In this document: one piece after another, positions 27,046 to 37,070 of the stretch
How the letters are laid out: every line of letters starts with the position of its first letter
Position numbering within the stretch: position 1 is the first letter of the stretch
IMG/VR virus record: IMGVR_UViG_3300030616_000820
DNA: 64,000 nt
From: an uncultured virus (IMG/VR IMGVR_UViG_3300030616_000820)
Taxonomy: Duplodnaviria > Heunggongvirae > Uroviricota > Caudoviricetes
Direction: 5' to 3' (one strand)
Made by a program: the position numbers and the translations under genes
Notes under the pieces: generated by a model
Told to the model about the DNA's origin: nothing
Seen by the model: the letters and a program-made list of their open reading frames with translations, nothing else
Databases searched by the model: none

Positions 27046-27845
27046 TGGAAAAATGCTTTAATGGGCTTACGGTTTGTAATGTAGAATTAACAAGTAGATG
27101 TAACAAAAATTGTTGGATGTGTGGAAGACGTAAGATAGAAAGAGATTACCCACATCTTGCAAAATGGGGAGAGATGCCTTTTGAAATGGTTGAATTAATT
27201 GCTAAACAATTACCACCAAACATATTAGTTACTTTACATAATAATGGAGAACCTACAATGTATCCAAAACTTAATGATGCATTAAAACTTTTTAATAAAC
27301 AAACAAGACACTTTGGGACAAATGCAAAACTGTTGGTTAAAAAAGCAGACCAATTAATTGACAATATGGAACTTTTAACCATATCTGTTATACAAGATGA
27401 CCCAGAAGGAGATGAACAATATGAAATAGTTAAACAATTTTTAGATTTAAAAGGAAATAAAAAACCATATTTAACATATAGACTTTTAGGTCATATAAAT
27501 AAAAAAGAAAGATGGGAGAAGCTACCTGGATTAACTACAAGCAGAACAATACATAGCCCTATGGGTAGTTTTAAATATAGAAAACAACCAACAAAGCCAG
27601 AGTATGGTGTATGTTTAGACCTTTTAAGTCATTTAGTTATTGATAGATATGGTGCAGTTTCGCCTTGTGTTAGATTTGACCCATATAGACTTGGAGTAAT
27701 TGGTGATGTTAATGAAACACCTTTAGTTGATATTTGGAATGGACCTGAAAGAAAGGAATGGTTAGATTTACATTTACAACATAAAAGAGACCAAGTTTCG
27801 TTATGCAAAACTTGTAAGTTTTGGGGAGTAGCTAGAAGTGATTAG
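27045..27845 (+). CDS. Radical SAM protein with SPASM/twitch domain
   Basis: CNKNCWMC, GEP, and C-terminal C...PC...CKTC. Confidence 0.9.
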   Translation: MEKCFNGLTVCNVELTSRCNKNCWMCGRRKIERDYPHLAKWGEMPFEMVELIAKQLPPNILVTLHNNGEPTMYPKLNDALKLFNKQTRHFGTNAKLLVKKADQLIDNMELLTISVIQDDPEGDEQYEIVKQFLDLKGNKKPYLTYRLLGHINKKERWEKLPGLTTSRTIHSPMGSFKYRKQPTKPEYGVCLDLLSHLVIDRYGAVSPCVRFDPYRLGVIGDVNETPLVDIWNGPERKEWLDLHLQHKRDQVSLCKTCKFWGVARSD

Positions 27846-27847
27846 TT

Positions 27848-28708
27848 ATGGAGTATGAAACCCAAGAAGAAAGAAAACAAAGAGCAATAAGAATACTCTG
27901 GAAAATTTCAAAGGTTAAAACAATAGAAGATAAAATTAGTATAGTTATAGATAGGATACCAAATATTTTTAGAAAGATGTATTGTTTGTTTGGTAGAATT
28001 TGCACACATAGATTTTATAAACAATATGTTGAATATAATAAAAGAATTAGAAAGTTACACAATAAACACAAAGGAGAACGATGTATTATAGTTGGGCATG
28101 GTCCTTCTTTAAATAAAACCAACTTTGACCTTATAAGAAATGAGAACTTTATGACTGTTGGTTGCTTCTTTAAATCAATGCATAAGTTTAGAATTAAACC
28201 TAAATATTGGTGTGTTACAGATATGTATGAGTTGGCTCATTTTCATAAGGATTTATTGAAGTTAGATATACCTTTATTTTTAACAGAAGAAGCAGGTAAA
28301 TGGTTTTTAAAGAAAAAGGATTACTATATGAAAGATGCATCAAATGACCCAATAGTGATAAGACCATATGGTTATATGGGGACTTGGGATAAATTTAGTA
28401 AGGATTTAACTAAGGGTGCATATGGTGGAACTGTTATTTTATCTTGTCTTCAGATAGCATATTATTTAGGTTTTAAAGAAGTATACTTGATAGGTTGTGA
28501 TTGTGATAGCAGACAAGGTAGAACATTCATAGATGGAACTGATGAATTTAGTGATAAAATAGAAGATAATCTTGAAGGTTGGAAAATTATGTTTGAAAGA
28601 TATAAAACTTGTAAGAAAGCATTTGAAGAAGATGGTAGAAAGATTTACAATGCAACAGTTGGAGGAAGATTAGAAGTATTTGAAAGAAAGAGGTTAGAAG
28701 AATTATGA
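27848..28708 (+). CDS. Maf/DUF115-like protein (putative nonulosonate transferase)
   Basis: LHNKHKGERCIIVGHGPSL, QIAYYLGFKEVYLIGCD, IYNATVGG. Confidence 0.8.
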   Translation: MEYETQEERKQRAIRILWKISKVKTIEDKISIVIDRIPNIFRKMYCLFGRICTHRFYKQYVEYNKRIRKLHNKHKGERCIIVGHGPSLNKTNFDLIRNENFMTVGCFFKSMHKFRIKPKYWCVTDMYELAHFHKDLLKLDIPLFLTEEAGKWFLKKKDYYMKDASNDPIVIRPYGYMGTWDKFSKDLTKGAYGGTVILSCLQIAYYLGFKEVYLIGCDCDSRQGRTFIDGTDEFSDKIEDNLEGWKIMFERYKTCKKAFEEDGRKIYNATVGGRLEVFERKRLEEL

Positions 28709-29397
28709 AAATATTACTTATGGGAACAGCAAGAGAAGGCAGTACAAGAGTTAAAAATAAATTAACAAGGTCTTTTGGCAATACAACATTATTTGATTTA
28801 TATCTAAAAAAGTTTGAAGAAGTTAAAAAAATGAAAAGTCCTTTTGATGATATAATAATAGCAATCAATAAAAAAGATAAAACATTATGGGAAAAATCAA
28901 AAAATTCTGATGTAAAAATTGTAGAGAGGGATGAATATTCTGCATCATCAAAAGCAGATACTTTTAAACAAATATTTCATTTTCTTGAAGACTTTGACCA
29001 AGAATGGGTTGTTTGGGTTAATGCATGTTTTCCCTTTTTAAAACCAAAAACAATAGTTGAGGTTGTTAATGTATTTAAAACCAAGAAAGACGCTATGTCG
29101 TTAACTTGTGTTAGACCTAGGTATAATCATTTCTGGGATTTTAAAACACATATGACAATTAACAATCAAAAGAAAATAACAACAACCCAAAGAATGAATC
29201 CAGTTTTAGAAAATGTAAGTCATGTGCAAGTATGGAATAGAGATTATATTTTTGAACATGACCATAAGTGGGGCATGACTAAAAATCATCCTTATTTACA
29301 TATTGTTAAAAAAAATGAAGAATGTTTAGATATTAACACAGAATTGGATTTTAGTATATGTGAATCTTTATGGAGGACAAAATATGAAAGTAGTTAA
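28705..29397 (+). CDS. Cytidylyltransferase (NeuA-like) 2
   Basis: AREGSTRVKNK, NACFPFL, DINTELDF. Confidence 0.82.
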   Translation: MKILLMGTAREGSTRVKNKLTRSFGNTTLFDLYLKKFEEVKKMKSPFDDIIIAINKKDKTLWEKSKNSDVKIVERDEYSASSKADTFKQIFHFLEDFDQEWVVWVNACFPFLKPKTIVEVVNVFKTKKDAMSLTCVRPRYNHFWDFKTHMTINNQKKITTTQRMNPVLENVSHVQVWNRDYIFEHDHKWGMTKNHPYLHIVKKNEECLDINTELDFSICESLWRTKYESS

Positions 29398-30424
29398 AAT
29401 AGGAGATAAATGGGTAGGAGATAAACATCCTTGTTTTATATCTGTTGAACCAGGTGCAACACATACAGGATTAAAAAGTGCAAAAAGACTTGCAAAAGCA
29501 GCAAAGGAATCTGGTGTTGATGCTGTAAAATTTCAGACATTAGATACAGATGAATTAATGTCTATATATAGCCAAAGTCAAACAATTGAATATAAAACAA
29601 AAGAAGGTTGGAAAAAAGAAAGTTTGTATAATGCATTAAAAAGAAGAGAGTTGACGTTTGATGAATGGAGAGAACTAAAAGAATATTGTGATAAAATAGG
29701 AATTCTTTTTATTTCTGCACCAAGTGGACCAAAAACTGTAGACCTACTTGCAGATATTAATTCTGCAGCAATTAAAATACTAAAGTCAGATGTTAACAAT
29801 CGTTATTTAATAAGGTTGGCTGCAAAAAAACATTTGCCTATTATTTTAGATGCTAGGGAGAAATTTCAGGATGTTGAAGCAGCAATACAAATATGTGAAG
29901 ATGAAGGCAATGACCAAGTTATTATTATGCATTGTCCTTCTGGTTATCCAACAGAACATGCAGGTATTCATCTAAATGTAATTCCTTATATAAAAGGAAT
30001 ATTTGGAAGACCTGTTGCATATTCTGACCACTCATTAGGTGATTATATGAATTATGCAGCTTTAGGTATGGGTGTAAATTTTATTGAGAAAACAATATCT
30101 CTTAACAAAAATACAGATGCAGTTGAACATTTTATGTCATTGGAACCCGAAGAAATTAAAATTTTTGTTGAAAGGATAAGAAGTGTTGAGCAAGCATTTG
30201 GTAATCCAAGAGTAATTTTTAGTTCTAGAGTTAAAATAGAACATAGAAGAAGCATTGTTACAAAAAGAGATATAATGAAAGGAGAAAAATTTACATTAGA
30301 AAATATAAAATTTCAAAGACCTGGTAATTTTTTATCTGTAGAAAGATATGAAGAATTGTTAAATAAAAAGGCAATAAGAGATATACCAAAAGATAATTTT
30401 GTAAGGGAGAATGATTTTGAATAG
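29360..30424 (+). CDS. Nonulosonate synthase (NeuB family) 2 with C-terminal SAF domain
   Basis: VKFQ, HCPSGYP, YSDHS, IEK, RRSIV...RPG; divergent N-terminal motif EPGATH. Confidence 0.88.
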   Translation: MNLYGGQNMKVVKIGDKWVGDKHPCFISVEPGATHTGLKSAKRLAKAAKESGVDAVKFQTLDTDELMSIYSQSQTIEYKTKEGWKKESLYNALKRRELTFDEWRELKEYCDKIGILFISAPSGPKTVDLLADINSAAIKILKSDVNNRYLIRLAAKKHLPIILDAREKFQDVEAAIQICEDEGNDQVIIMHCPSGYPTEHAGIHLNVIPYIKGIFGRPVAYSDHSLGDYMNYAALGMGVNFIEKTISLNKNTDAVEHFMSLEPEEIKIFVERIRSVEQAFGNPRVIFSSRVKIEHRRSIVTKRDIMKGEKFTLENIKFQRPGNFLSVERYEELLNKKAIRDIPKDNFVRENDFE

Positions 30425-31289
30425 TAGGGAATTAAAAAAATTATTAGAACAACATTATAATATATCTGTAAAATCAATAGAACAAGGCAAAGGATATAAT
30501 TTAAATTCTAAAAACTATCTTATTACTTCTTTAGATAATAAAAAATATTATTTAAAAAAACAGGATTATTCATCAAAGACAATAAATCAAATAAAAGCAA
30601 TGGATTTTTGTTGTATTAATAAAAAATTAAAACTTCCATCTATAATATCTACAAAAGAAGATAAATGTTTTTTTACAGATAAAGATATGTTATTTCTTTT
30701 AACAAAGTTTTATGATGGAAAACACTGTAGTTTTACAGATAAAGAAATATATTCTGCAGGTAAAGAATTAGTTATTTTAAACAAACATTTAAAAGACATT
30801 GGAATTGAAATTAAAAGGGATAAAAGATATGATAATCTTACAGAAGAAGAAATAAATATTATCAGGCAAAAAACAAAAGACAAAAATGTGTTATTAATTT
30901 GTGATAAACTACAAAATTTATATGATGAATTTCCAGAAGATAATGATAAACAATTGGTTCATTTTGATTATAATATAAATAATGTTTTGTTTAAAGATGG
31001 TAATGTAGATGTAATTTTAGATTGCGGGTCTATTGTTACTTCTTCTTTAACACAATCTATTGCTTTTGGTTGTGATAGATTTTCTTGGAATAAAAAAAAT
31101 ATGATGACATTTCTTCGTGGTTGTATAATGGGTGGGTTTGATGAAAATAAAATAGATATGATTCCTCAATATATTGTTAAGGAAGCAACCCAAAGAATTA
31201 ATTATATTTTAAGAACAGATGAATGGCTTTTTGATATAAATAAGCAATTAAAAACTATAAAAAGAATGGGTGGTTTAAAATGGATTTGA
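30411..31289 (+). CDS. APH/homoserine kinase type II-like phosphotransferase
   Basis: YLK, VHFDYNINNVLF and ILD motifs. Confidence 0.72.
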   Translation: MILNSRELKKLLEQHYNISVKSIEQGKGYNLNSKNYLITSLDNKKYYLKKQDYSSKTINQIKAMDFCCINKKLKLPSIISTKEDKCFFTDKDMLFLLTKFYDGKHCSFTDKEIYSAGKELVILNKHLKDIGIEIKRDKRYDNLTEEEINIIRQKTKDKNVLLICDKLQNLYDEFPEDNDKQLVHFDYNINNVLFKDGNVDVILDCGSIVTSSLTQSIAFGCDRFSWNKKNMMTFLRGCIMGGFDENKIDMIPQYIVKEATQRINYILRTDEWLFDINKQLKTIKRMGGLKWI

Positions 31290-31936
31290 ACAAACAAAAT
31301 ATAAAGTTTCTATCTAGTATAACAAATGAAATATTAGATTGGACATTTGATACATTTCCAGATAAAGTATTTACTACAAGTGCATTTGGAATAAATGGCA
31401 CAGTATTGCTTGATTTTTTATACAAAAAAAATAAAGACATACCAATTTATTTTATTGATACAGGTTATCATTTTCTTGAAACAATTGAAATTAAAGATTA
31501 TTATAGACATAAAGGATTAAACATTATAGAAGTATCATCAACAGTTAATTCAAATAGGATATTAGAAGAGATGGGTGTTGATATGTGTTGTAGTATCAAC
31601 AAAGTTGAACCAATGAAAAAAATATTAAAAGAAAATAAAGGCAGTGCTTGGCTTACTGCTGTTAGTAGAAGTCAAACTGAAACAAGAAGAAAATTTAGAT
31701 ATTTACAAAATCAAAAAAAAGTGTTAAAAGTATGTCCTATGTTAAATTGGAAAGAAGATGAAATATGGTCATATGCAAAAGAAAAAGAACTTGTATATAA
31801 CAAACTTTATGATAAAGGATATAAAAGTATAGGTTGTGAACCATGCACTTGTAAAACAAAAAAAGGAGAAGATAGTCGTGCTGGTAGGTGGAGAGGATTT
31901 GATAAAGATGAATGTGGCATACAGATAGAATTTTAG
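31280..31936 (+). CDS. cysH: APS/PAPS reductase (CysH family, Fe-S APS-reductase type)
   Basis: SAFG, IDTGYHF, CC-x-x-NKVEP, GYKSIGCEPCT, RAGRW, ECGI. Confidence 0.9.
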   Translation: MDLNKQNIKFLSSITNEILDWTFDTFPDKVFTTSAFGINGTVLLDFLYKKNKDIPIYFIDTGYHFLETIEIKDYYRHKGLNIIEVSSTVNSNRILEEMGVDMCCSINKVEPMKKILKENKGSAWLTAVSRSQTETRRKFRYLQNQKKVLKVCPMLNWKEDEIWSYAKEKELVYNKLYDKGYKSIGCEPCTCKTKKGEDSRAGRWRGFDKDECGIQIEF

Positions 31937-31952
31937 TAGAGGAGCAAATAAA

Positions 31953-33083
31953 ATGGAAAACAAATTTTTACCTTATGGTAGACAATGGATAAATAAAGAA
32001 GACATTAAAGCAGTTGCAGACACATTAAAAAGTGATTTTATAACAACAGGACCAAAAGCAAAAGAATTTGAAGAAGCTATTGCAAAATATTGTAATGTAA
32101 AATATGCAGTTGCAGTATCTTCTGGTTCTGCTGCATTATATATGGCAACCAAAGCAATAGACATATCTACAAATGATAGGTTAATTACATCTCCAATTAC
32201 GTTTTTATCAAGTTCAAATTGTTCTTTTTTTAATGGAGGACAAACTGATTTTGTAGATATTTATTCTGATACATATAACATAAATGATACAAGAATTAAA
32301 AATAAAATAAATCCAAAAACAAAAGTAATTGTACCTGTAGATTTTGCTGGCCAACCTTGTAAATTAGATGAGATTAATAAAATTGCCAAAGAAAATAATT
32401 TGCATGTTATAGAAGATGCTGCACATTCTTTAGGTGCAGAATATAAAGGCAAAAAGGTTGGTGGTCTTTCAGAAATAACAATATTCAGTTTTCATCCTGT
32501 TAAATCAATAACAACAGGAGAAGGTGGTATGGTTTTAACAAACAATAAAGAAATATATGAAAGATTACAGATGTTAAGAAATCATGGTATTACAAAAGAT
32601 GTCAATAGAATGAATAGAAATCATGGTGATTGGTATTATGAAATGCAAAAATTAAGTTGTAATTTTAAGTTAACAGATTTTCAATGTGCTTTAGGTTTAA
32701 GTCAGCTTAAAAGACTAGATGGTTTTATAAAAAGACGGCAAGAAATAACAAAAATATATAATGAAGAATTTAAAGAAGTTCCTGAAATTACTATTCCATA
32801 TACAAAGCCAGATGTAAAATCTGCTTGTCATTTATATGTTATACAAGTAAAAAATAGAAAGAAAGTATTTGATAGATTAAGAAAAGAAAATATGTTTGTT
32901 CAGGTTCATTATATACCAGTATACAAACAACTTTTCTACCAAAAGAAAGGATATGGATATAATGAATGTCCTATTGCTGAAGAGTATTACAAACATTGTA
33001 TTTCAATACCTTTGTTTCCAAAGATGACAGATGAAGATATAAAACAATCAATAAGCATAGTTAAGAAGGCAGTCAAATGTTAG
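31953..33083 (+). CDS. pseC: PseC-like DegT/DnrJ sugar aminotransferase
   Basis: LPYGRQ, EDAAHSLG, FSFHPVKSITTGEGG, WYYEMQ, VQVHYIP. Confidence 0.88.
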   Translation: MENKFLPYGRQWINKEDIKAVADTLKSDFITTGPKAKEFEEAIAKYCNVKYAVAVSSGSAALYMATKAIDISTNDRLITSPITFLSSSNCSFFNGGQTDFVDIYSDTYNINDTRIKNKINPKTKVIVPVDFAGQPCKLDEINKIAKENNLHVIEDAAHSLGAEYKGKKVGGLSEITIFSFHPVKSITTGEGGMVLTNNKEIYERLQMLRNHGITKDVNRMNRNHGDWYYEMQKLSCNFKLTDFQCALGLSQLKRLDGFIKRRQEITKIYNEEFKEVPEITIPYTKPDVKSACHLYVIQVKNRKKVFDRLRKENMFVQVHYIPVYKQLFYQKKGYGYNECPIAEEYYKHCISIPLFPKMTDEDIKQSISIVKKAVKC

Positions 33084-33598
33084 AAGGAAAAAATGTAGTA
33101 TTAAGACCAATAGAAGAAGAAGATTTAATTCTTTTTAAAGATTTAAGAAACTATGAGCCAATCAGAAGAGGATTAAGAGAATATAAACCACTCAATATGT
33201 TAAATCAAAAGAAATGGTTTGAATCATTATCAGATTCAAATCATATTATGTTTGCTATAGAAGACTCTGAAAAATTAATTGGTTGTTGTGGTCTAACTTA
33301 TATAGATTGGAAAAATGGTAAGAGTGAAATATCTATTTATTTAGGTTATAAAAACTGGCAGGAAAGCAAAAAAGCAGAAGAAGTTATAGACATTCTTTTG
33401 AAATATGGTTTTAATGAATTAAGACTCAATAGAATATATAGCATAATTTTTGAGTTTAATGATTTGTTTATGAATTTATGTAAGAGATGTAATTTTAAAT
33501 ATGAAGGAGAAATGAGAAAATCTTTATTTTATGATGGTAAATATTGGGATGAACATATATATGGTATTTTAGCAGATGAATATCGAGGAAAGAGATGA
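33077..33598 (+). CDS. GNAT (RimJ/RimL, PseH-like) N-acetyltransferase
   Basis: LRPIEEED, YGFNELRLNRI, FKYEG; adjacent to pseC. Confidence 0.85.
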   Translation: MLEGKNVVLRPIEEEDLILFKDLRNYEPIRRGLREYKPLNMLNQKKWFESLSDSNHIMFAIEDSEKLIGCCGLTYIDWKNGKSEISIYLGYKNWQESKKAEEVIDILLKYGFNELRLNRIYSIIFEFNDLFMNLCKRCNFKYEGEMRKSLFYDGKYWDEHIYGILADEYRGKR

Positions 33599-34248
33599 AC
33601 AATTTAATAGTAACAACAAAGTCTTGGAATATTAAAAGAGCAAAAAACTATCCTTTAATTACAGATAGAAAGGATTTAACATTAGAAAATATAAAAAAGA
33701 CAAATCCAAGATATATTTTCTTTACTCATTGGTCTTGGAAAATACCAAAGGAAATATATGAAAACTTTGAATGTGTTGTATTTCATATGACAGATTTACC
33801 ATATGGTAGGGGTGGTACACCAGTTCAAAATTTAATACTAAGAGGATTTACTAAAACAAAAATAACTGCAATTAGTCCAGTTGATGAAATAGATGCTGGT
33901 CCTATTTATTTAAAAAGAGATTTATCTTTAGAAGGAACAGTTGCAGAAATATATGATAGAGCGTCAAAAACAATTTATGAAGATATAATACCATATATCA
34001 TAAAAAATAATCCAAAACCAGTTGAACAAAAAGGTAAAGTTACAAGATTTAAAAGAAGGAAACCAAAAGATAGTGATATTTCTAGATTAACAAATTTAAA
34101 ATCTGTTTATGATTATATTAGAATGTTGGATGGAGAAGGATATCCACCAGCCTTTTTAGAAACAGATAATTTAAGAATAGAATTTACAGATGCAAAACAA
34201 AAAGGGCAATGTATAGAAAGCAGAGTGAAAATATGGGAAAAATATTGA
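33595..34248 (+). CDS. Sugar N-formyltransferase (Fmt-like)
   Basis: FHMTDLPYGRGG-x-P-x-QNLI, DAGPIY, IRMLD-x-EGYP. Confidence 0.88.
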   Translation: MNNLIVTTKSWNIKRAKNYPLITDRKDLTLENIKKTNPRYIFFTHWSWKIPKEIYENFECVVFHMTDLPYGRGGTPVQNLILRGFTKTKITAISPVDEIDAGPIYLKRDLSLEGTVAEIYDRASKTIYEDIIPYIIKNNPKPVEQKGKVTRFKRRKPKDSDISRLTNLKSVYDYIRMLDGEGYPPAFLETDNLRIEFTDAKQKGQCIESRVKIWEKY

Positions 34249-34895
34249 TTGTGGCTGCACATCCAGACGATGAAATACTTGGGTGTGGTGGAACTGTTAT
34301 GCGTTTATCTAATGAAGGAAATGATGTTTATACTTTGTTATTATCTAAAGGTGCAAAATCAAGAAAGGGATTTACAGATAAACATTTGAATGAATTAAAT
34401 TCACAAATTAAAAAAGCCAATAAAATAATGAATGTAAAAGGTTTTTATATCTATGATTTTCCAGATAATAAATTTGATTCAGTTCCATTATTAGATATAG
34501 TAAAAACAATAGAAAAAGCTATAGAAGAAATAAAACCAAATATTATTTTTACTCATTTTAAAAATGATTTAAACATAGACCATAGGTTAACATATAAAGC
34601 AGTTATTACTGCAACAAGACCTATTGAAAATAGTTTTGTTAAAACAATTTATTCTTTTGAAATTCTTTCATCAACAGAATGGAACTATCCATTTACATTT
34701 GTTCCAAATGTTTTTTTTAATATCGAAGATACTTTAGATAAAAAAATAGAAGCAATAAAATGTTATAAAAATGAAATAAGAGAATATCCGCATCCTCGTT
34801 CTATAAAAGGAATAGAAATACTTGCACAAAAAAGAGGGATGGAAATTGGTTTGAAGGTGGCTGAAGGATTTTGTCTAGTAAGAAAAATAAAATAA
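34209..34895 (+). CDS. PIG-L family deacetylase
   Basis: AAHPDDE, DLNIDH, PHPRS. Confidence 0.92.
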   Translation: MYRKQSENMGKILIVAAHPDDEILGCGGTVMRLSNEGNDVYTLLLSKGAKSRKGFTDKHLNELNSQIKKANKIMNVKGFYIYDFPDNKFDSVPLLDIVKTIEKAIEEIKPNIIFTHFKNDLNIDHRLTYKAVITATRPIENSFVKTIYSFEILSSTEWNYPFTFVPNVFFNIEDTLDKKIEAIKCYKNEIREYPHPRSIKGIEILAQKRGMEIGLKVAEGFCLVRKIK

Positions 34896-35650
34896 AAATT
34901 ATTCTTTTTGCAAATGGAGACTTAGGATTATTAATTACTAGGTTTTTAGTTAAACAAAAAGAAAATATTGTTGGTTTAGTTACAAATCCAATAGATAAAT
35001 CTGAAAAAAGGGATAGAATAATTAAAGCATCTTGTCTTGATAAAAAAAATATTTTAACACCTAAGTCATTTGAAATTAGAGAAGTAAGTCCATTTATAAA
35101 TGAAAGAAATCCAGATTTAATATGTTCTATTTGGTCTAGATATATTTTTAGTTCAGAAATAATAAATTCAACACCAAAAGGAATAGTAAATCTTCATAAT
35201 TCATTACTACCATTATGTAGAGGAGCAGGTGGAAACATTTGGCCAATAATTGATAATTTTCCAAGTGGCGTTACTTTACATTATATTGAGGAGGAAATAG
35301 ATGAGGGTGGTATTATTGACCAGAAGAAAGTTCCTGTTTATTTAACTGATACAGGTAAAGATTTATTTGAAAGACAGATAAAAGAAATGGTTAGTATATT
35401 TTCAAAAAATTGGGATAGAATTAAAAAAGGAAATATAAAAACTAAAAAACAAGATACAAAATCATCATTTTATCTTCATAATGATTTTTATAAGATAATG
35501 CATATTAAAAAAGAAAAAAAATACAAGGCAATAGATTTAGTTAATATTCTAAGAGCTCTAACATTTCCACCATATACTGGTGCATATATCATCGACCCAT
35601 TAGATAAAAAAAAAGTATATTTAGAATTAAAATTAAAGAAGGAGAAATGA
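34871..35650 (+). CDS. Sugar N-formyltransferase 2
   Basis: NLHNSLLP-x-x-RG, GVTLH, IDEG, RALTFPPY. Confidence 0.88.
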   Translation: MSSKKNKIKIILFANGDLGLLITRFLVKQKENIVGLVTNPIDKSEKRDRIIKASCLDKKNILTPKSFEIREVSPFINERNPDLICSIWSRYIFSSEIINSTPKGIVNLHNSLLPLCRGAGGNIWPIIDNFPSGVTLHYIEEEIDEGGIIDQKKVPVYLTDTGKDLFERQIKEMVSIFSKNWDRIKKGNIKTKKQDTKSSFYLHNDFYKIMHIKKEKKYKAIDLVNILRALTFPPYTGAYIIDPLDKKKVYLELKLKKEK

Positions 35651-35651
35651 T

Positions 35652-36371
35652 ATGCCAAAAAACTATGGTTTGAAATTAATAAATTTAAAGAGATGTTTTT
35701 TAGAAGGCAATAACAAAAATAATCTTTTTAATGAACAATATGCAAACCGTATGAATGATTTTGCTTTAAGTGAAAGAGCAACAAAAGAAATAGAGTTTTT
35801 AATCAAAAAAATATTACCAACTGAAAATTCAAAAGTTCTTGATTTTGGTTGTAATACTGGTGTGACAATGAATCATATATGGGAAAGATGTAGAAGTAAA
35901 ATGTATGGTGTTGATATAAACGAATATGGAATAAATGAAGGTAAAAACAAGTACCCAAGTTTTAATTTTAAAATTATTAATTCTCATTTATTACCATATA
36001 AAAATAATTTCTTTGATTGGGTAATGGTAAACCATGTAATTGCACATGTTCCAAATCCTTCTTTAACATTAAAAGAAATTTATAGAGTGTTAAAAGCAAA
36101 TGGTAAAGTATCTATCGTAACACCCAATAGATGGTATGCTATTTTTATGACACCAAATAATATTATTAATAATTATAAACCAGACCCAACAATTTTAAGA
36201 TATTATACTTTTAAAAGTTTAAACAAGTTGTTAAAAGAATGTGGATTTGATGATATCGACCAAACTTTTTTTGGTGAAATGCCATCTTGTTTAAATTTTC
36301 TTTCTGTTAACTTTTGTAAAATGCGATTGATTGCAATCGCAAAAAAAGGAGATATAAAAAATGAGAACTAA
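35652..36371 (+). CDS. Class I SAM methyltransferase
   Basis: VLDFGCNTG, GVD, RVLK. Confidence 0.88.
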   Translation: MPKNYGLKLINLKRCFLEGNNKNNLFNEQYANRMNDFALSERATKEIEFLIKKILPTENSKVLDFGCNTGVTMNHIWERCRSKMYGVDINEYGINEGKNKYPSFNFKIINSHLLPYKNNFFDWVMVNHVIAHVPNPSLTLKEIYRVLKANGKVSIVTPNRWYAIFMTPNNIINNYKPDPTILRYYTFKSLNKLLKECGFDDIDQTFFGEMPSCLNFLSVNFCKMRLIAIAKKGDIKNEN

Positions 36372-37068
36372 AATAATAGGAGAAATAGGTTTAAACCATA
36401 TGAATGATTTTGAGACAGGTAAAAAACTAATTGACCTTTGTATTGAAACAGGATGTAGTCTTGCAAAACTTCAATTATGGAAAGCAGATGATTTGTTTAA
36501 AGGTAAAGATACATATGAACAAAATAAAAAGTTTGAACTTAGTAATTCTTTAGCAACAAAATTTTTTGATTATGGCAAAGAAAATGGTATGGATATATTT
36601 TTTAGTGTATTCTATCCTGAAGCAGTTGATTTTTGTGAAGAATTGGGTGTTAAATACTATAAACTTTCAAATGCTTTTTCAATAAATAAAGAAATGGTTA
36701 AAAAATGTTTAAATACAAAAAAACCAGTTATTATAAGTTTTAGTGATTACTATCCTATAGATTATAGATTGGTATCAAACAAACAAGTAATTCCTCTTTA
36801 TGTGGTGCCTGTTTATCCACCAAAGTATTCTGATTTTAATATTGGTAGACTTAAAAAGATAATAGATGCTGGTGGTGGTTATAGTAATCATTATACAGAT
36901 TTATTTTTTCCAATGTTATCTGTATATTTAGGTGCAAGTTGGATAGAAGCACATATTAAACTTGATAATGAAATATCCAAAGGAAGTCCAGATGATGTAT
37001 GTAGTTTGACTGCAGACCAATTAAGAGAATTTGCAAATTGGCAAAATAAGGTTTTTAAGGAGCAATAA
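36361..37068 (+). CDS. Short NeuB-family synthase 3
   Basis: EIGLNH, KLQ, YPP, GYSNH, IEAHIKL; only 235 aa. Confidence 0.82.
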   Translation: MRTKIIGEIGLNHMNDFETGKKLIDLCIETGCSLAKLQLWKADDLFKGKDTYEQNKKFELSNSLATKFFDYGKENGMDIFFSVFYPEAVDFCEELGVKYYKLSNAFSINKEMVKKCLNTKKPVIISFSDYYPIDYRLVSNKQVIPLYVVPVYPPKYSDFNIGRLKKIIDAGGGYSNHYTDLFFPMLSVYLGASWIEAHIKLDNEISKGSPDDVCSLTADQLREFANWQNKVFKEQ

Positions 37069-37070
37069 AT

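Noticed and set aside
22275..31936. QueF plus CysH as a 7-deazaguanine or phosphorothioate DNA-modification system
   Set aside because: No dpdA, queC/D/E or dnd genes in the window; QueF lacks its Cys; CysH has canonical APS-reductase motifs rather than DndC features; both are embedded in sugar genes
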